This document shows, in pieces, positions 10,627 to 19,795 of a stretch of DNA of 64,000 bases. Position 1 is the stretch's first letter. Every line of letters begins with the position of its first letter. The DNA lies in NCBI GenBank assembly GCA_013911655.1, contig JACESU010000003.1, forward strand, positions 65,996 through 129,995, given 5' to 3'. The notes under the pieces were generated by a model. That model made no database searches, had not been told where the DNA came from, and saw only the letters and a list, made by a program, of their open reading frames with translations. A program made the translations under genes and the position numbers. Source of the DNA: Alphaproteobacteria bacterium. GTDB taxonomy: Bacteria > Pseudomonadota > Alphaproteobacteria > Caedimonadales > UBA1908.

Positions 10627-12492
10627 GTGTCAGCGTCTTCCAAGGAAAAAATTCCTTTACTTGTCATGGGTGCCCTAGGCGTTGTCTACGGCGATATCGG
10701 CACAAGCCCCCTTTATGCCTTAAAAAGCTGTTTTTCTTTGGGAAATCTTGCTGCTATCCCTCCTCACATCCTAGGACTTACCAGTCTTTTTTTCTGGACT
10801 CTTGTCCTGGTTGTCTCTATCAAATATGTTCTTTTTGTCCTGCGTGTCGAGCAACACGGGGAAGGGGGTATCCTTGTGTTATCCTCCATTTGCAGCCAGA
10901 TCAAAGAAAAGTGGGTCAAAGGTCTCCCTCTTCTTTTAGGTCTTTTGGGATCAGCGCTTCTTTTTGGAGACGGTGTGATCACCCCTGCTATTTCTGTCTT
11001 AAGCGCCCTAGAAGGACTCACCCTTCTTTCACCTGCGATCGCCCCAGAAGTCACAATTCTGTCCGTTATTTTGTTGATTCTTTTGTTTGTCGTACAAAAA
11101 TATGGCAGCGGTAAACTTGGAGCTTATTTTGGACCCATTATGACCTTGTGGTTCTTTATTCTTGCGCTTTTGGGCACTCTCTCCATCATAAAAACGCCGT
11201 CAATTCTTTTAGCCCTTAGCCCCGTCCACGCCTTGTCTTTTCTTATCAAGGGAGGACTTCCTGCCCTGATCGCCATGGGAGGGACCATTATGGTCGTCAC
11301 TGGCGCCGAAGCCCTTTACGCAGACCTTGGTCATTTTGGGGCAAAACCCATTCGTGTTTCTTGGCATAGTGTTGTTTTTCCAGCCCTTGCTCTTAATTAC
11401 TTGGGGCAGGGGGCGCTACTTCTTCGGGATCCGAGCGCCCTTGTAAACCCTTTTTATCAATTGGCGCCTTCCTGGGGTCTTGTGCCCCTGGTGATTTTAT
11501 CCACCCTTGCGACCCTGATTGCCTCTCAGTCGATCATCTCGGGTGTTTTTTCCCTCACTTGGCAGGCAATCATGCTGGGAGACCTCCCCAGGCTTCGCGT
11601 GGTTCACACCTCCCACGCTCAGCGTGGTCAGGTCTATGTCCCCGCCATCAACGTTCTTTTGTGTCTGATGACGATGAGTGCTGTTTTTCTTTTTCAAACA
11701 TCCGAAGGCCTTGCAGCCGCGTACGGCTTTAGTGTCGCAGGCGCCATGCTTGCCACCATTTTAATGCTATGCCTTGTGGCGCACTTTAAGTGGCATTGGT
11801 CTCTTTTCAAGGTGCTAATCATTTTGGCGCCTCTGGCACTTTTGGATCTCTTCTTTTTCCTTCTTAATCTGTCCAAGTTCCTTCACGGAGCATGGTACGC
11901 GCTTTTGTTGTCAGTCATCGCCCTTGCCATCATGCGCGCTTGGCAAAAGGGAACAAAGTCTTTGGAGCGTCAACGTCCCTATGCCCATGAAGATCTAACC
12001 ACCTTCCTAGAGGAGCACTTAGAAGATTTTCCCACACGCCTTCCAGGGACCGCAGTCTACATGACAAGAACGCCCGATCAAACCCCTTCTTCTCTACGCA
12101 TCAATTTGAAGCACAATAAATTTCTTCATGAAAAGGTTTTATTTATTTCGATCATTACCACGCAAGAATCCCGTATTAGCCTGTCGGAAAAATTTACCGC
12201 ACAAGAAATTTTCCCCAATATCTATACGGTTTCTGCGTTTTATGGTTTTAAAGAAATTCCCGATCTTCAAAAAATTCTTCAATGGTTGACTGAAAAAGAG
12301 TTATTAGAGTGCCATAAAGACGCCTCTTTCTTCCTGACCCGCGGTGTTCCTATTCTATCTCCTAGAAGTGCTTCTCATACTTTTATGAACAAGCTATATA
12401 TGTTTTTATCAAGAAACGCCTTGCCGGCCCATGAGTTTTATAAAATTCCTTATCAACAACTTGTGGAAATTGGTATCCGATATCATCTCTAG
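10627..12492 (+). CDS. kup: Kup/HAK/KT potassium uptake protein
   Basis: GVVYGDIGTSPLY N-terminal signature. 621 aa with a membrane domain plus a cytoplasmic C-terminal domain. Confidence 0.9.
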   Translation: MSASSKEKIPLLVMGALGVVYGDIGTSPLYALKSCFSLGNLAAIPPHILGLTSLFFWTLVLVVSIKYVLFVLRVEQHGEGGILVLSSICSQIKEKWVKGLPLLLGLLGSALLFGDGVITPAISVLSALEGLTLLSPAIAPEVTILSVILLILLFVVQKYGSGKLGAYFGPIMTLWFFILALLGTLSIIKTPSILLALSPVHALSFLIKGGLPALIAMGGTIMVVTGAEALYADLGHFGAKPIRVSWHSVVFPALALNYLGQGALLLRDPSALVNPFYQLAPSWGLVPLVILSTLATLIASQSIISGVFSLTWQAIMLGDLPRLRVVHTSHAQRGQVYVPAINVLLCLMTMSAVFLFQTSEGLAAAYGFSVAGAMLATILMLCLVAHFKWHWSLFKVLIILAPLALLDLFFFLLNLSKFLHGAWYALLLSVIALAIMRAWQKGTKSLERQRPYAHEDLTTFLEEHLEDFPTRLPGTAVYMTRTPDQTPSSLRINLKHNKFLHEKVLFISIITTQESRISLSEKFTAQEIFPNIYTVSAFYGFKEIPDLQKILQWLTEKELLECHKDASFFLTRGVPILSPRSASHTFMNKLYMFLSRNALPAHEFYKIPYQQLVEIGIRYHL

Positions 12493-12640
12493 AACTAGGC
12501 ATTTTTTTCCTAGTTGCGACGCAAAAGGTCAGGCATTTTTTTCCTTTTCTTGCCTCTTTCATATCTTCACTTTTTATCAAATAAAAAAATAATATTTTTA
12601 AATCAATTAATTATGTTATTTAATCCAAATTTTTCAAACA

Positions 12641-12657
12641 TGGCACACAGGTTGCAT
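12641..12657 (+). promoter_or_regulatory. Sigma-54 (-24/-12) promoter for the flagellin gene
   Basis: TGGCACACAGGTTGCAT matches TGGCAC-N5-TTGCA with exact spacing, about 80 nt upstream of the fliC ATG. Confidence 0.75.
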
Positions 12658-12736
12658 CAATAATTGTGGATCTTTAGTGATCCGTGGGGCGCCAGGAAGG
12701 TGCCAAATCAACCGCAGGAAGCGAAAGGAATAAAAA

Positions 12737-14215
12737 ATGGTAGACGTAACAGGTCTTTCTAACTTATCAGCTCTTCAAACACAAAATAACATGAAGAAGC
12801 ATACAACAAGTGCTGCAGACGCAATCGCGCAGCTCTCCAGTGGTACTAGGCTGATCAAAGCCTCTTCTGACTCATCCGCTGCCGCCATTTCAAAAGGCAT
12901 GTCATCGGATATTTCAGTCTTGAATCAAACAAAAATTAACGCGTCCAACGCCTCAAGCCTCATTCAGGTGGCTGCCAGCGCCATGAACGACCAGCTCTCA
13001 CTGCTCACATCGCTCAAGACCCTGGCCACAAAAGCGGCTGACGCTTCTCTTAGTCCCACCAACCGTGGGCTTGTGAACAACGAGTATCAACAAATTCTTC
13101 AGCAAACCGATGACGTTGCGAACCGTGCTCGTTGGAATGGTGTGTCTCTCATGACCGGTGGTGCGGGTACCGTGACCTTATCAGGCGTTGTTGCTCAAGC
13201 AACAGCAAGCGTTGTTGCGCCAACCCTTGCCAACTCTATGGCAGGTACCGTGAACGCTGCCACCACAGGCTTTATTGACGGCACGGCCACAGACGTGGTT
13301 GTGAATATCGCCAGCGCCACTTCTTATGATGTCTCCATCAAAGTGGGTGAGCAGTGGTTTACAGCAGAAGGCGCCGTTCCTACCGCTGGTGGTATTTTGA
13401 CCCTTACCAGCACGTCAGATAGTGGAAGCCGTATCGCCCTTGACTACGCCGCCAACGTGGGTGGTATCGTGAGTGCGGCGACCTTCCAACAAGGTCTTGA
13501 AGAAACTCTCGGTATTCCTGCAGGTCTTTTGAATGCGACCTTCTTGTCCCAATCGACAGCCGCCAACAACGGCCTGACAGGGGTCACAGCCGCCTCGAGC
13601 GCGCCAACAGGAACGTATTCCGTTCGTTATGACGCTAACAGTGACGTGGTGACTTTGACAAACGGCGAGCAAAAGTGGACACAAAGTATCGCGACCACAG
13701 GTGCGGCGCAAACCATTTCGTTTGCCAACGGTATCTCGGCGACCTTTGACAACACTTTTGTTGTGGGAACATCTGTCACTCCTATGACCTTTGACGTTGC
13801 CAGAAGCGCTGCTAACGAAATTAGCCTAACCTTCCAGCTTGCTGAGAAGTCAACGGACACACTTACCGTGGATATCGCGGGTACAACGATTCAAGCCCTT
13901 GGCATTAACGGGACGTCCGTTGATACCATCACCAACGCGGACAACGCCTCAAACTTGCTTCAAGTGGCGATCGACCGTGTTAACGGTGCGTTCTCACAAA
14001 TTGGTGCCCAGCAAAAGCGTCTTGAATCCACACAAAACAACCTTACGAACACAGTAACAAACCTGGAGTCCGCCAGAGCCAACGTTGCCGACGCAGACAT
14101 TGCAGCGTCCATGACGAACTTTACGATCTCCAACACCATGGCACAGGTATCCAACGTTGCTTTGTCCCAAAGCTTAGGGCTCACGCAACAACTCCTGTCC
14201 ATCGTAAGGACATAA
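12737..14215 (+). CDS. fliC: Flagellin
   Basis: N-terminal QLSSGTRLIKASSD... and C-terminal QIGAQQKRLESTQNNL...ADADIAASMTNFT flagellin domains flank a variable centre. AAAGGAA Shine-Dalgarno. Confidence 0.9.
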   Translation: MVDVTGLSNLSALQTQNNMKKHTTSAADAIAQLSSGTRLIKASSDSSAAAISKGMSSDISVLNQTKINASNASSLIQVAASAMNDQLSLLTSLKTLATKAADASLSPTNRGLVNNEYQQILQQTDDVANRARWNGVSLMTGGAGTVTLSGVVAQATASVVAPTLANSMAGTVNAATTGFIDGTATDVVVNIASATSYDVSIKVGEQWFTAEGAVPTAGGILTLTSTSDSGSRIALDYAANVGGIVSAATFQQGLEETLGIPAGLLNATFLSQSTAANNGLTGVTAASSAPTGTYSVRYDANSDVVTLTNGEQKWTQSIATTGAAQTISFANGISATFDNTFVVGTSVTPMTFDVARSAANEISLTFQLAEKSTDTLTVDIAGTTIQALGINGTSVDTITNADNASNLLQVAIDRVNGAFSQIGAQQKRLESTQNNLTNTVTNLESARANVADADIAASMTNFTISNTMAQVSNVALSQSLGLTQQLLSIVRT

Positions 14216-14262
14216 TAAGATGGGAGAAAGAGGATAATTTTCCTCTGTTAACCACATACGGC

Positions 14263-14291
14263 GGCGCTGCTTTTAAAGGCAGCGCCTTTTT
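14263..14291 (+). terminator. Rho-independent terminator after fliC
   Basis: GGCGCTGC-TTTTAAAG-GCAGCGCC followed by TTTTT. Confidence 0.85.
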
Positions 14292-14339
14292 ACGGTTGTA
14301 AGATTGATGATGAAAAAGTGAAACAGAAGGAGGGCAAAA

Positions 14340-14765
14340 ATGGCAACTGTTTCAGGTTTACCAGGAACACCGGCCCCTTATGTACCGGCTGGCGCAACAA
14401 AGGAACGTGTTCCTGAAGAAAAAAGGGTGATCCCAAGTCCCGAAAAGCAGGATCCTGATGTGAGACGCGCACCCAGTGCCCGCACAACAAAGGAAGGCAT
14501 TCCTGTTTTCAACGTAGATACGGTAGAAAAAAAGAATCCAGATGGCGCAGATGGCATGAAAGATGCATCTCTAAAAAAAGAGACCAGAGCGTCTTCCTAT
14601 GAAACAGGACTTGGTGGGATCGATGGAAGACTGGTGCAAGAGCTTCGTGACTCGTCCACCAATCAAGTGGTGGAACGCCATCCCAAAAAAGGATGTGACG
14701 AGTACGAACGAAATGCTCTTGTAGAAAAAACAAGCGATAGCGAGGGTGTGCAAATCGCCAGTTAG
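14340..14765 (+). CDS. flaG: FlaG-like flagellar protein (putative)
   Basis: It lies between fliC and fliD. The C-terminal segment GRLVQELRDSSTNQVVERHPKK resembles the FlaG core (v.vvD..T.EviRqiP). Strong GGAGG Shine-Dalgarno. Confidence 0.5.
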   Translation: MATVSGLPGTPAPYVPAGATKERVPEEKRVIPSPEKQDPDVRRAPSARTTKEGIPVFNVDTVEKKNPDGADGMKDASLKKETRASSYETGLGGIDGRLVQELRDSSTNQVVERHPKKGCDEYERNALVEKTSDSEGVQIAS

Positions 14766-14776
14766 GATAGAGGAAA

Positions 14777-16543
14777 ATGCCAGACATAGCGCCTACAACC
14801 ACACGAGTTCATGAGGGCTTAAATCCTTTTAAAGGGCCTACCTTTAATGGAAAAGTGATGGGAAAAGATGTAGGTGAAATTCTGAAAGAGTATGAAAAAG
14901 CAGAAGAAACAAAGGTTAATTCTATCAAAGAGGATATTGATATTGTTAACAAGACAGCAGAAAAACTCTCAACCCTTCAAAGTAAAGTAACCGATATCAA
15001 AACGTCCCTCTCCCAACTTTTTGGAGAAGGGCTTGGCGCAAGCGCTTCTGGGGCCTTTGCCACAAGAGAAGCAGTCCTCGTTTCAGGTAGCACCAACGTT
15101 CTTGATGCGTACGTGTCCAATGATGCCAATGTGGGGGATATCTCAGTCCTTGTAAAACAGCTGGCCAGTAAAGACGCTATCAGTGCGGCCGGATATGTGG
15201 CAGACCTCAATCAAGCCCTTGGGTGGACAGGTTCCTTTGATGTGGGCACAACAGGACAAAATAGTGCAGGCCAAGCCATTCACAACACGACCACCGTTAA
15301 TCTAAATGCTTCCATGAGTCTTAACGACATTATGGACGCCATCAACAATCAGGCCGGCACCAATCACCTAAGCGCAGAAGTCACAACCTTTCCTGGTCAG
15401 TATGTACTTTCTCTTCAAGGAAATAGTTACGCAGAAGCCATCACCATTGACACCTCTAACCTAAATGCCAATGGCGGGGACGCGACGATTTTACCGGCCT
15501 CCTCTCAAAAAACAGTTCAGGATCTGTCGGCCATTGTACAGTTCAGAGGCATAAACCGAGATATTCTTTACCCTTCTAATGTCATTCCCGCAGGCGCGCA
15601 AGTTGAAGGTGTGTCCTTTACCCTTCAGCAAGCCGATCCCAATACTCCTGTGACCATCCGTATTCAGAACTCACAAAACACTGCTGTCGCAGCCATTAAC
15701 ACCTTTGTGGAAAGCTATAACGCGCTTCAAGATTACCTAACCACCGATGACGCATATAAAGGCGATGCACGAAACGCCGTGAATCATTTGGGTCTGACCC
15801 TGTCAAATGTGGCGCAAGGGGTGACTCAGGGCACTCTTAATAACTTAAGATCACTGGGCATCAATCTTGGATCTAATGGAAAACTCACCATCGATACTCC
15901 TACCCTTGTGAATACACTCGATACGAAGTTTGATCAGGTGGCACAGGTTTTTGGATTCGAACAAACGTCCACCAACTCGTCTTTCATTATGATGAATCGA
16001 CCGACCACTCTCAATCAAGATATGCTGACGACTGGGGTAAATATCACCCTTACCAAGGCCATGGATGGATCTCTTAGTGCGACCATGGCCCTTAATGGTC
16101 AAAACTATAACGCAGTTTTAGGGCAACCCAATCAAGGCACTGTCACCATTACCGCTGACCCTAACTCTCCTCTTGCAGGCATGAGTTTTCTATCTGTGGG
16201 TCTTGATAGCCTTGCTAATGGATCAGCAAAAGCCACGCACATTTCCATGAGTAGCGGTGTAGCGGATCAGCTTCTTACTTATCTTAACCCTCTTCTTGAT
16301 GCAGACCCTAGAAAGGGACTTTTTGCCCTTGAACTACAAAATCTTGTTGGAAGCAAACTTGATGAAAATGTTGTAGGTGAGAAACAGCTCCTTGAAAAAA
16401 GGCTTTCAACGCAAAAAGAATCCTCGGCCGTCAATATTCAAAAACAAATGATGGCTTTTCAAAAATTACAAATTGTTAACCAAAGGCTTGAGATGCAAAA
16501 GAATGCCATCGACACCATGGTTAAATATACCGCCAAATCGTAA
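14777..16543 (+). CDS. fliD: Flagellar filament cap protein (hook-associated protein 2)
   Basis: 588 aa with coiled-coil N- and C-terminal regions. It sits immediately upstream of fliS. The sequence is divergent and the call rests partly on synteny. Confidence 0.75.
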   Translation: MPDIAPTTTRVHEGLNPFKGPTFNGKVMGKDVGEILKEYEKAEETKVNSIKEDIDIVNKTAEKLSTLQSKVTDIKTSLSQLFGEGLGASASGAFATREAVLVSGSTNVLDAYVSNDANVGDISVLVKQLASKDAISAAGYVADLNQALGWTGSFDVGTTGQNSAGQAIHNTTTVNLNASMSLNDIMDAINNQAGTNHLSAEVTTFPGQYVLSLQGNSYAEAITIDTSNLNANGGDATILPASSQKTVQDLSAIVQFRGINRDILYPSNVIPAGAQVEGVSFTLQQADPNTPVTIRIQNSQNTAVAAINTFVESYNALQDYLTTDDAYKGDARNAVNHLGLTLSNVAQGVTQGTLNNLRSLGINLGSNGKLTIDTPTLVNTLDTKFDQVAQVFGFEQTSTNSSFIMMNRPTTLNQDMLTTGVNITLTKAMDGSLSATMALNGQNYNAVLGQPNQGTVTITADPNSPLAGMSFLSVGLDSLANGSAKATHISMSSGVADQLLTYLNPLLDADPRKGLFALELQNLVGSKLDENVVGEKQLLEKRLSTQKESSAVNIQKQMMAFQKLQIVNQRLEMQKNAIDTMVKYTAKS

Positions 16544-16557
16544 CATAGGAGAGTTCC

Positions 16558-16998
16558 ATGTCACCGACACAGCATCGTATTTATAAAAGAAACACAGCCA
16601 ATGGTGGTGATGTCACCGAAAATATGGCCCTTCTTCTTGAGCAAGTAGCTGTTCACATGAAAGCCGCCCATCAAGCTATCATCTCCAAGGATGTGGAAAA
16701 GCGCTTTAAAGAAAGCGAGCGCGCCTCGTTTATCCTTGCAGGCCTTAAAGGCGCTCTTGTGCGTCTTGATACCGAACAAGCAAAGACAGCAGATGGACTT
16801 CAACGTTTTTATGACACCATGGAAACACTTATCATGCGTATGAATATTTTTAACAGCGCAGAGACCGCTAAAAGCCTGGAAGAGAATTTTCTTACCCTTG
16901 CTCAAAAATGGCGTCAAGTTGGTCAACAAAGCAACCAATCTGCCTTTTCTCCACCTCCCGCGGCGAAGCTTGATGAAAAAGTTTTTGCCAGTGTTTAA
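16558..16998 (+). CDS. fliS: Flagellar export chaperone FliS
   Basis: 146-aa helical protein directly after fliD. AGGAGAG Shine-Dalgarno. Layout is FliS-like (LQRFYDTMETLIMRMN). Confidence 0.7.
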   Translation: MSPTQHRIYKRNTANGGDVTENMALLLEQVAVHMKAAHQAIISKDVEKRFKESERASFILAGLKGALVRLDTEQAKTADGLQRFYDTMETLIMRMNIFNSAETAKSLEENFLTLAQKWRQVGQQSNQSAFSPPPAAKLDEKVFASV

Positions 16999-17064
16999 AG
17001 ACTCTGTACAGAGCTCTTTTTTTAGCTCAACATCTCTTGGCATTAGCTTTTATGTGAGGAAAAA

Positions 17065-17799
17065 ATGGAGTGTTCTAAGAGTCTAAGTTTACCCGCTCTC
17101 TTGCTGGGTGTGTGTGTTGCTTTAGGTCCTAGTATTGCAGGCTTTTTTATCTACAAAGGCATCGTTGATGCCAAGGATAGAGAGCGGTATGTGACAGTCA
17201 AAGGCCTTGTGGAGCGTCTTGTAAAGTCCGATACGGCGCAGTGGAACTTATCCTTTCAGATTACGGGTGATGATTTGAAGGTTCTTGAAACGTCTTATAC
17301 CGACGCTGCCGACAAAGTAAAAACATTTCTTTTAAAACAGGGTTTTGTGGACGGAGACTTTACCCAATCTCCTTTAAGTATCGTTGATAATCATGCGCGC
17401 ACTTGGGGAAATCAACTTCCCCCCACCAGGTACACCATCACAGGGGGATATTTTATTCAATCTTCAAAAGTTGAAAAAGTACAAGAAGCAGACCGCAATC
17501 TTGCCTCTCTTTTCAAAGAAGGCGTGATTTTACAAGACGCGCGCCCCACCTATTCTCTTAGTACCTTTAATACTCTGCGTTCTGAAATCTTGGCTGAAGC
17601 CACAAAGAATGCACGCACCATGGCCGAGCAGTTTGCAAAAGACTCAAGTAGCCAAGTAGGATCCATTAGAAGAGCCAATCAAGGAGTCATCTCGATCCTA
17701 GACCCTCAAGCGGGTCCCTCTGAAGAGTGGAACTCAGGTCAGGCGTCTCTTATTAAGAAAATTCGTGTGGTTTCCACTTTCGACTTTTTCTTACATTAA
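17065..17799 (+). CDS. SIMPL (DUF541) domain protein with N-terminal membrane anchor
   Basis: Size, N-terminal hydrophobic segment and overall pattern resemble the YggE/SIMPL family. Assignment is from memory. Confidence 0.55.
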   Translation: MECSKSLSLPALLLGVCVALGPSIAGFFIYKGIVDAKDRERYVTVKGLVERLVKSDTAQWNLSFQITGDDLKVLETSYTDAADKVKTFLLKQGFVDGDFTQSPLSIVDNHARTWGNQLPPTRYTITGGYFIQSSKVEKVQEADRNLASLFKEGVILQDARPTYSLSTFNTLRSEILAEATKNARTMAEQFAKDSSSQVGSIRRANQGVISILDPQAGPSEEWNSGQASLIKKIRVVSTFDFFLH

Positions 17800-17805
17800 A
17801 CATAA

Positions 17806-17833
17806 GACGAGGGCGTTCAAAGGCGCCCTCGTC
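17806..17833. terminator. GC-rich hairpin between convergent genes, a probable bidirectional terminator
   Basis: GACGAGGGCG-N8-CGCCCTCGTC, a 10-bp stem. The U-tracts are weak. Confidence 0.55.
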
Positions 17834-19795
17834 TTAACCCCTAAGATGCTCAAGTAGCTGACTTTGATGTTGAAGGGGAATGTACTTCACCAAAAAATTT
17901 GTTGCATGTGCCACATCCAAGGCGGGAGAAAAAAGATAGCCCTGTGCATACGGACAAGAAAGCTGCTTAAGCCTTTCAAGTTGATCTTGACGCTCCACTC
18001 CTTCAGCAACCGTTTTAAGCCCTAAATCCTTTGCCATACCAATGATCGTTGACACAAGACGTTCTGCTTTTGCATCTATGATCATCCCCTCAATAAAGGC
18101 ACGGTCAATTTTAAGAAAGTCAAAAGGAAAGCTGTGCAGATAACTTAATGATGAGTATCCTGTTCCAAAATCATCGATGGAAATACGCGTTCCCAGATTT
18201 TTGATGATCTCAAGCCGTGTAATAATCAAAGAAGGATCTCGAATAATCACACTTTCAGTGACCTCTAAAATCAAATAGCGTCTGTGTTCTCCGATGCTGT
18301 TCAAAAGAGCTACGATACGCTCAAAACAGTGATAATCTAAAAGCTGACGCACAGAAATATTCACGCTTATATGGGGACATTTCTCAAAACCAACAAGATC
18401 TATCCACGATCCTACTTGCTCTGCCGCCTTACGTAATACAAACTCTCCGATGCGTCCGATCAGTCCAATTTCTTCCGCGAGGGGAATAAACTCTACGGGT
18501 GAAATGAAACCTAACTGTTCATGATTCCATCTAATCAAGGCCTCAAAACCAAACAGATGCTTTGTCTTAATATCAACAACAGGTTGATAATAAATTAAAA
18601 ATTCATCTTTTGTAAAAGCCTGTCTTATATCAGACTCCATCTGCATTTTTTGAATGAGTTTTTCATGTTGGTATTGATCAAACACCTCCAGGCGGGCCTT
18701 TCCGGTCATTTTGGCTTGATACATAGCAAGGTCTGCGTTGCGCAAAACACTTTGAGGGTCTGTAATGCTCTCGTCGATAAGGGTAAGACCCACACTACTT
18801 GAGATGTGAACGTCTTTTCCTAGAATTGTATACGGCTGATTGAGGTGCTCAAGAACACGTTGTGAAATAATTTTTGCCTCTTCTAAGGTCTCTACGGGCT
18901 CTAATAGAACAGTGAATTCATCTCCCCCAAGCCTTGCCACCGTATCATTGGGGCGCACAGCATTTTTCAGCACTTGCGCCACAATCTTAAGGACGCCGTC
19001 TCCCATTTCATGCCCCATGGTATCATTGATGTATTTGAACCGGTCTAGATCTAGAAAAATAACAGCTGCCTTTTTCTCTCCTGGTCTTTTAAGGCGTTGC
19101 AGTGTCTGATCTAATCTCTCAAGAAAAAGAGACCTATTGGAAAGACCTGTCAACTCATCATGAAAGGCGGCCCGGTAAAGGCAATATTCGTACTCTTTAC
19201 GGTACGTAATATCTGTTTGAGATCCTGAAATATGAAGGGCTCTTCCCTTCTCATCTCGGGCTGCAAGACCTCTTGTGTGAACCCAGATATACTTTTCTGT
19301 GCTTGTTTCAATTCTGTACTCAATATCCACCCGCTCGCTGAGGCCTAGAAGGTGATTATGGAGGGCACTGCGTAGACTTACACGGTCATCGGGATGAACA
19401 CGCTCAACCCAGTCAGAAAGCGTGTGGAGTGGCTCCTCATGGGTAAGACCAAGGATTTCCCGCCATCTTGGCGAGTACTCAATGTAGCCCGTCTCCATGT
19501 CCCAATCCCAAAAGCCGTCATTGGAGGCTTTAGCTGCGAGGGAGTAACGTTCTTGGCTCTTTTTCAGCTCTTTTGTTTGGTCCAAAAGATTTTTGTTAAG
19601 GGACATTAGCTCTTTAGACATAACAGTCATGGCATGTTCTATCAAATGCCTCTCTTTATCAGATTCCTGGTAAGCCCGGTCCACAAGTCCCACCAGTCTT
19701 TTAAGCATCTTTTCTAAGTTTTCTTCAAAAGCAGAGTCAAGCTGTCTTTTTAAAAGACTGTGCTCTATCTGTTTAAGAAGTGATGCTTTTTTCAT
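17834..19795 (-). CDS. PAS-GGDEF-EAL c-di-GMP turnover protein
   Basis: Coiled-coil N-terminus, PAS (NDGFWDWDMETGYIEYSPRW), intact RLGGDEFTVLL, intact EALIRW plus ILEVTES and DDFGTGYSSLSYL. Confidence 0.9.
   Translation of the reverse strand: MKKASLLKQIEHSLLKRQLDSAFEENLEKMLKRLVGLVDRAYQESDKERHLIEHAMTVMSKELMSLNKNLLDQTKELKKSQERYSLAAKASNDGFWDWDMETGYIEYSPRWREILGLTHEEPLHTLSDWVERVHPDDRVSLRSALHNHLLGLSERVDIEYRIETSTEKYIWVHTRGLAARDEKGRALHISGSQTDITYRKEYEYCLYRAAFHDELTGLSNRSLFLERLDQTLQRLKRPGEKKAAVIFLDLDRFKYINDTMGHEMGDGVLKIVAQVLKNAVRPNDTVARLGGDEFTVLLEPVETLEEAKIISQRVLEHLNQPYTILGKDVHISSSVGLTLIDESITDPQSVLRNADLAMYQAKMTGKARLEVFDQYQHEKLIQKMQMESDIRQAFTKDEFLIYYQPVVDIKTKHLFGFEALIRWNHEQLGFISPVEFIPLAEEIGLIGRIGEFVLRKAAEQVGSWIDLVGFEKCPHISVNISVRQLLDYHCFERIVALLNSIGEHRRYLILEVTESVIIRDPSLIITRLEIIKNLGTRISIDDFGTGYSSLSYLHSFPFDFLKIDRAFIEGMIIDAKAERLVSTIIGMAKDLGLKTVAEGVERQDQLERLKQLSCPYAQGYLFSPALDVAHATNFLVKYIPLQHQSQLLEHLRG

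Noticed and set aside
12493-12515. Hairpin AACTAGG-N9-CCTAGTT just after the kup stop as a rho-independent terminator
   Set aside because: The stem is short and AT-rich and is followed by GCGACG rather than a U-tract. The sequence also forms copy 1 of the repeated element discussed as a possible enhancer site, so I did not list it as a terminator feature.
16561-17043. 160-aa minus-strand ORF antisense to fliS
   Set aside because: Lys/Cys-rich junk-like translation. The plus-strand fliS has a strong AGGAGAG Shine-Dalgarno and the expected position after fliD.
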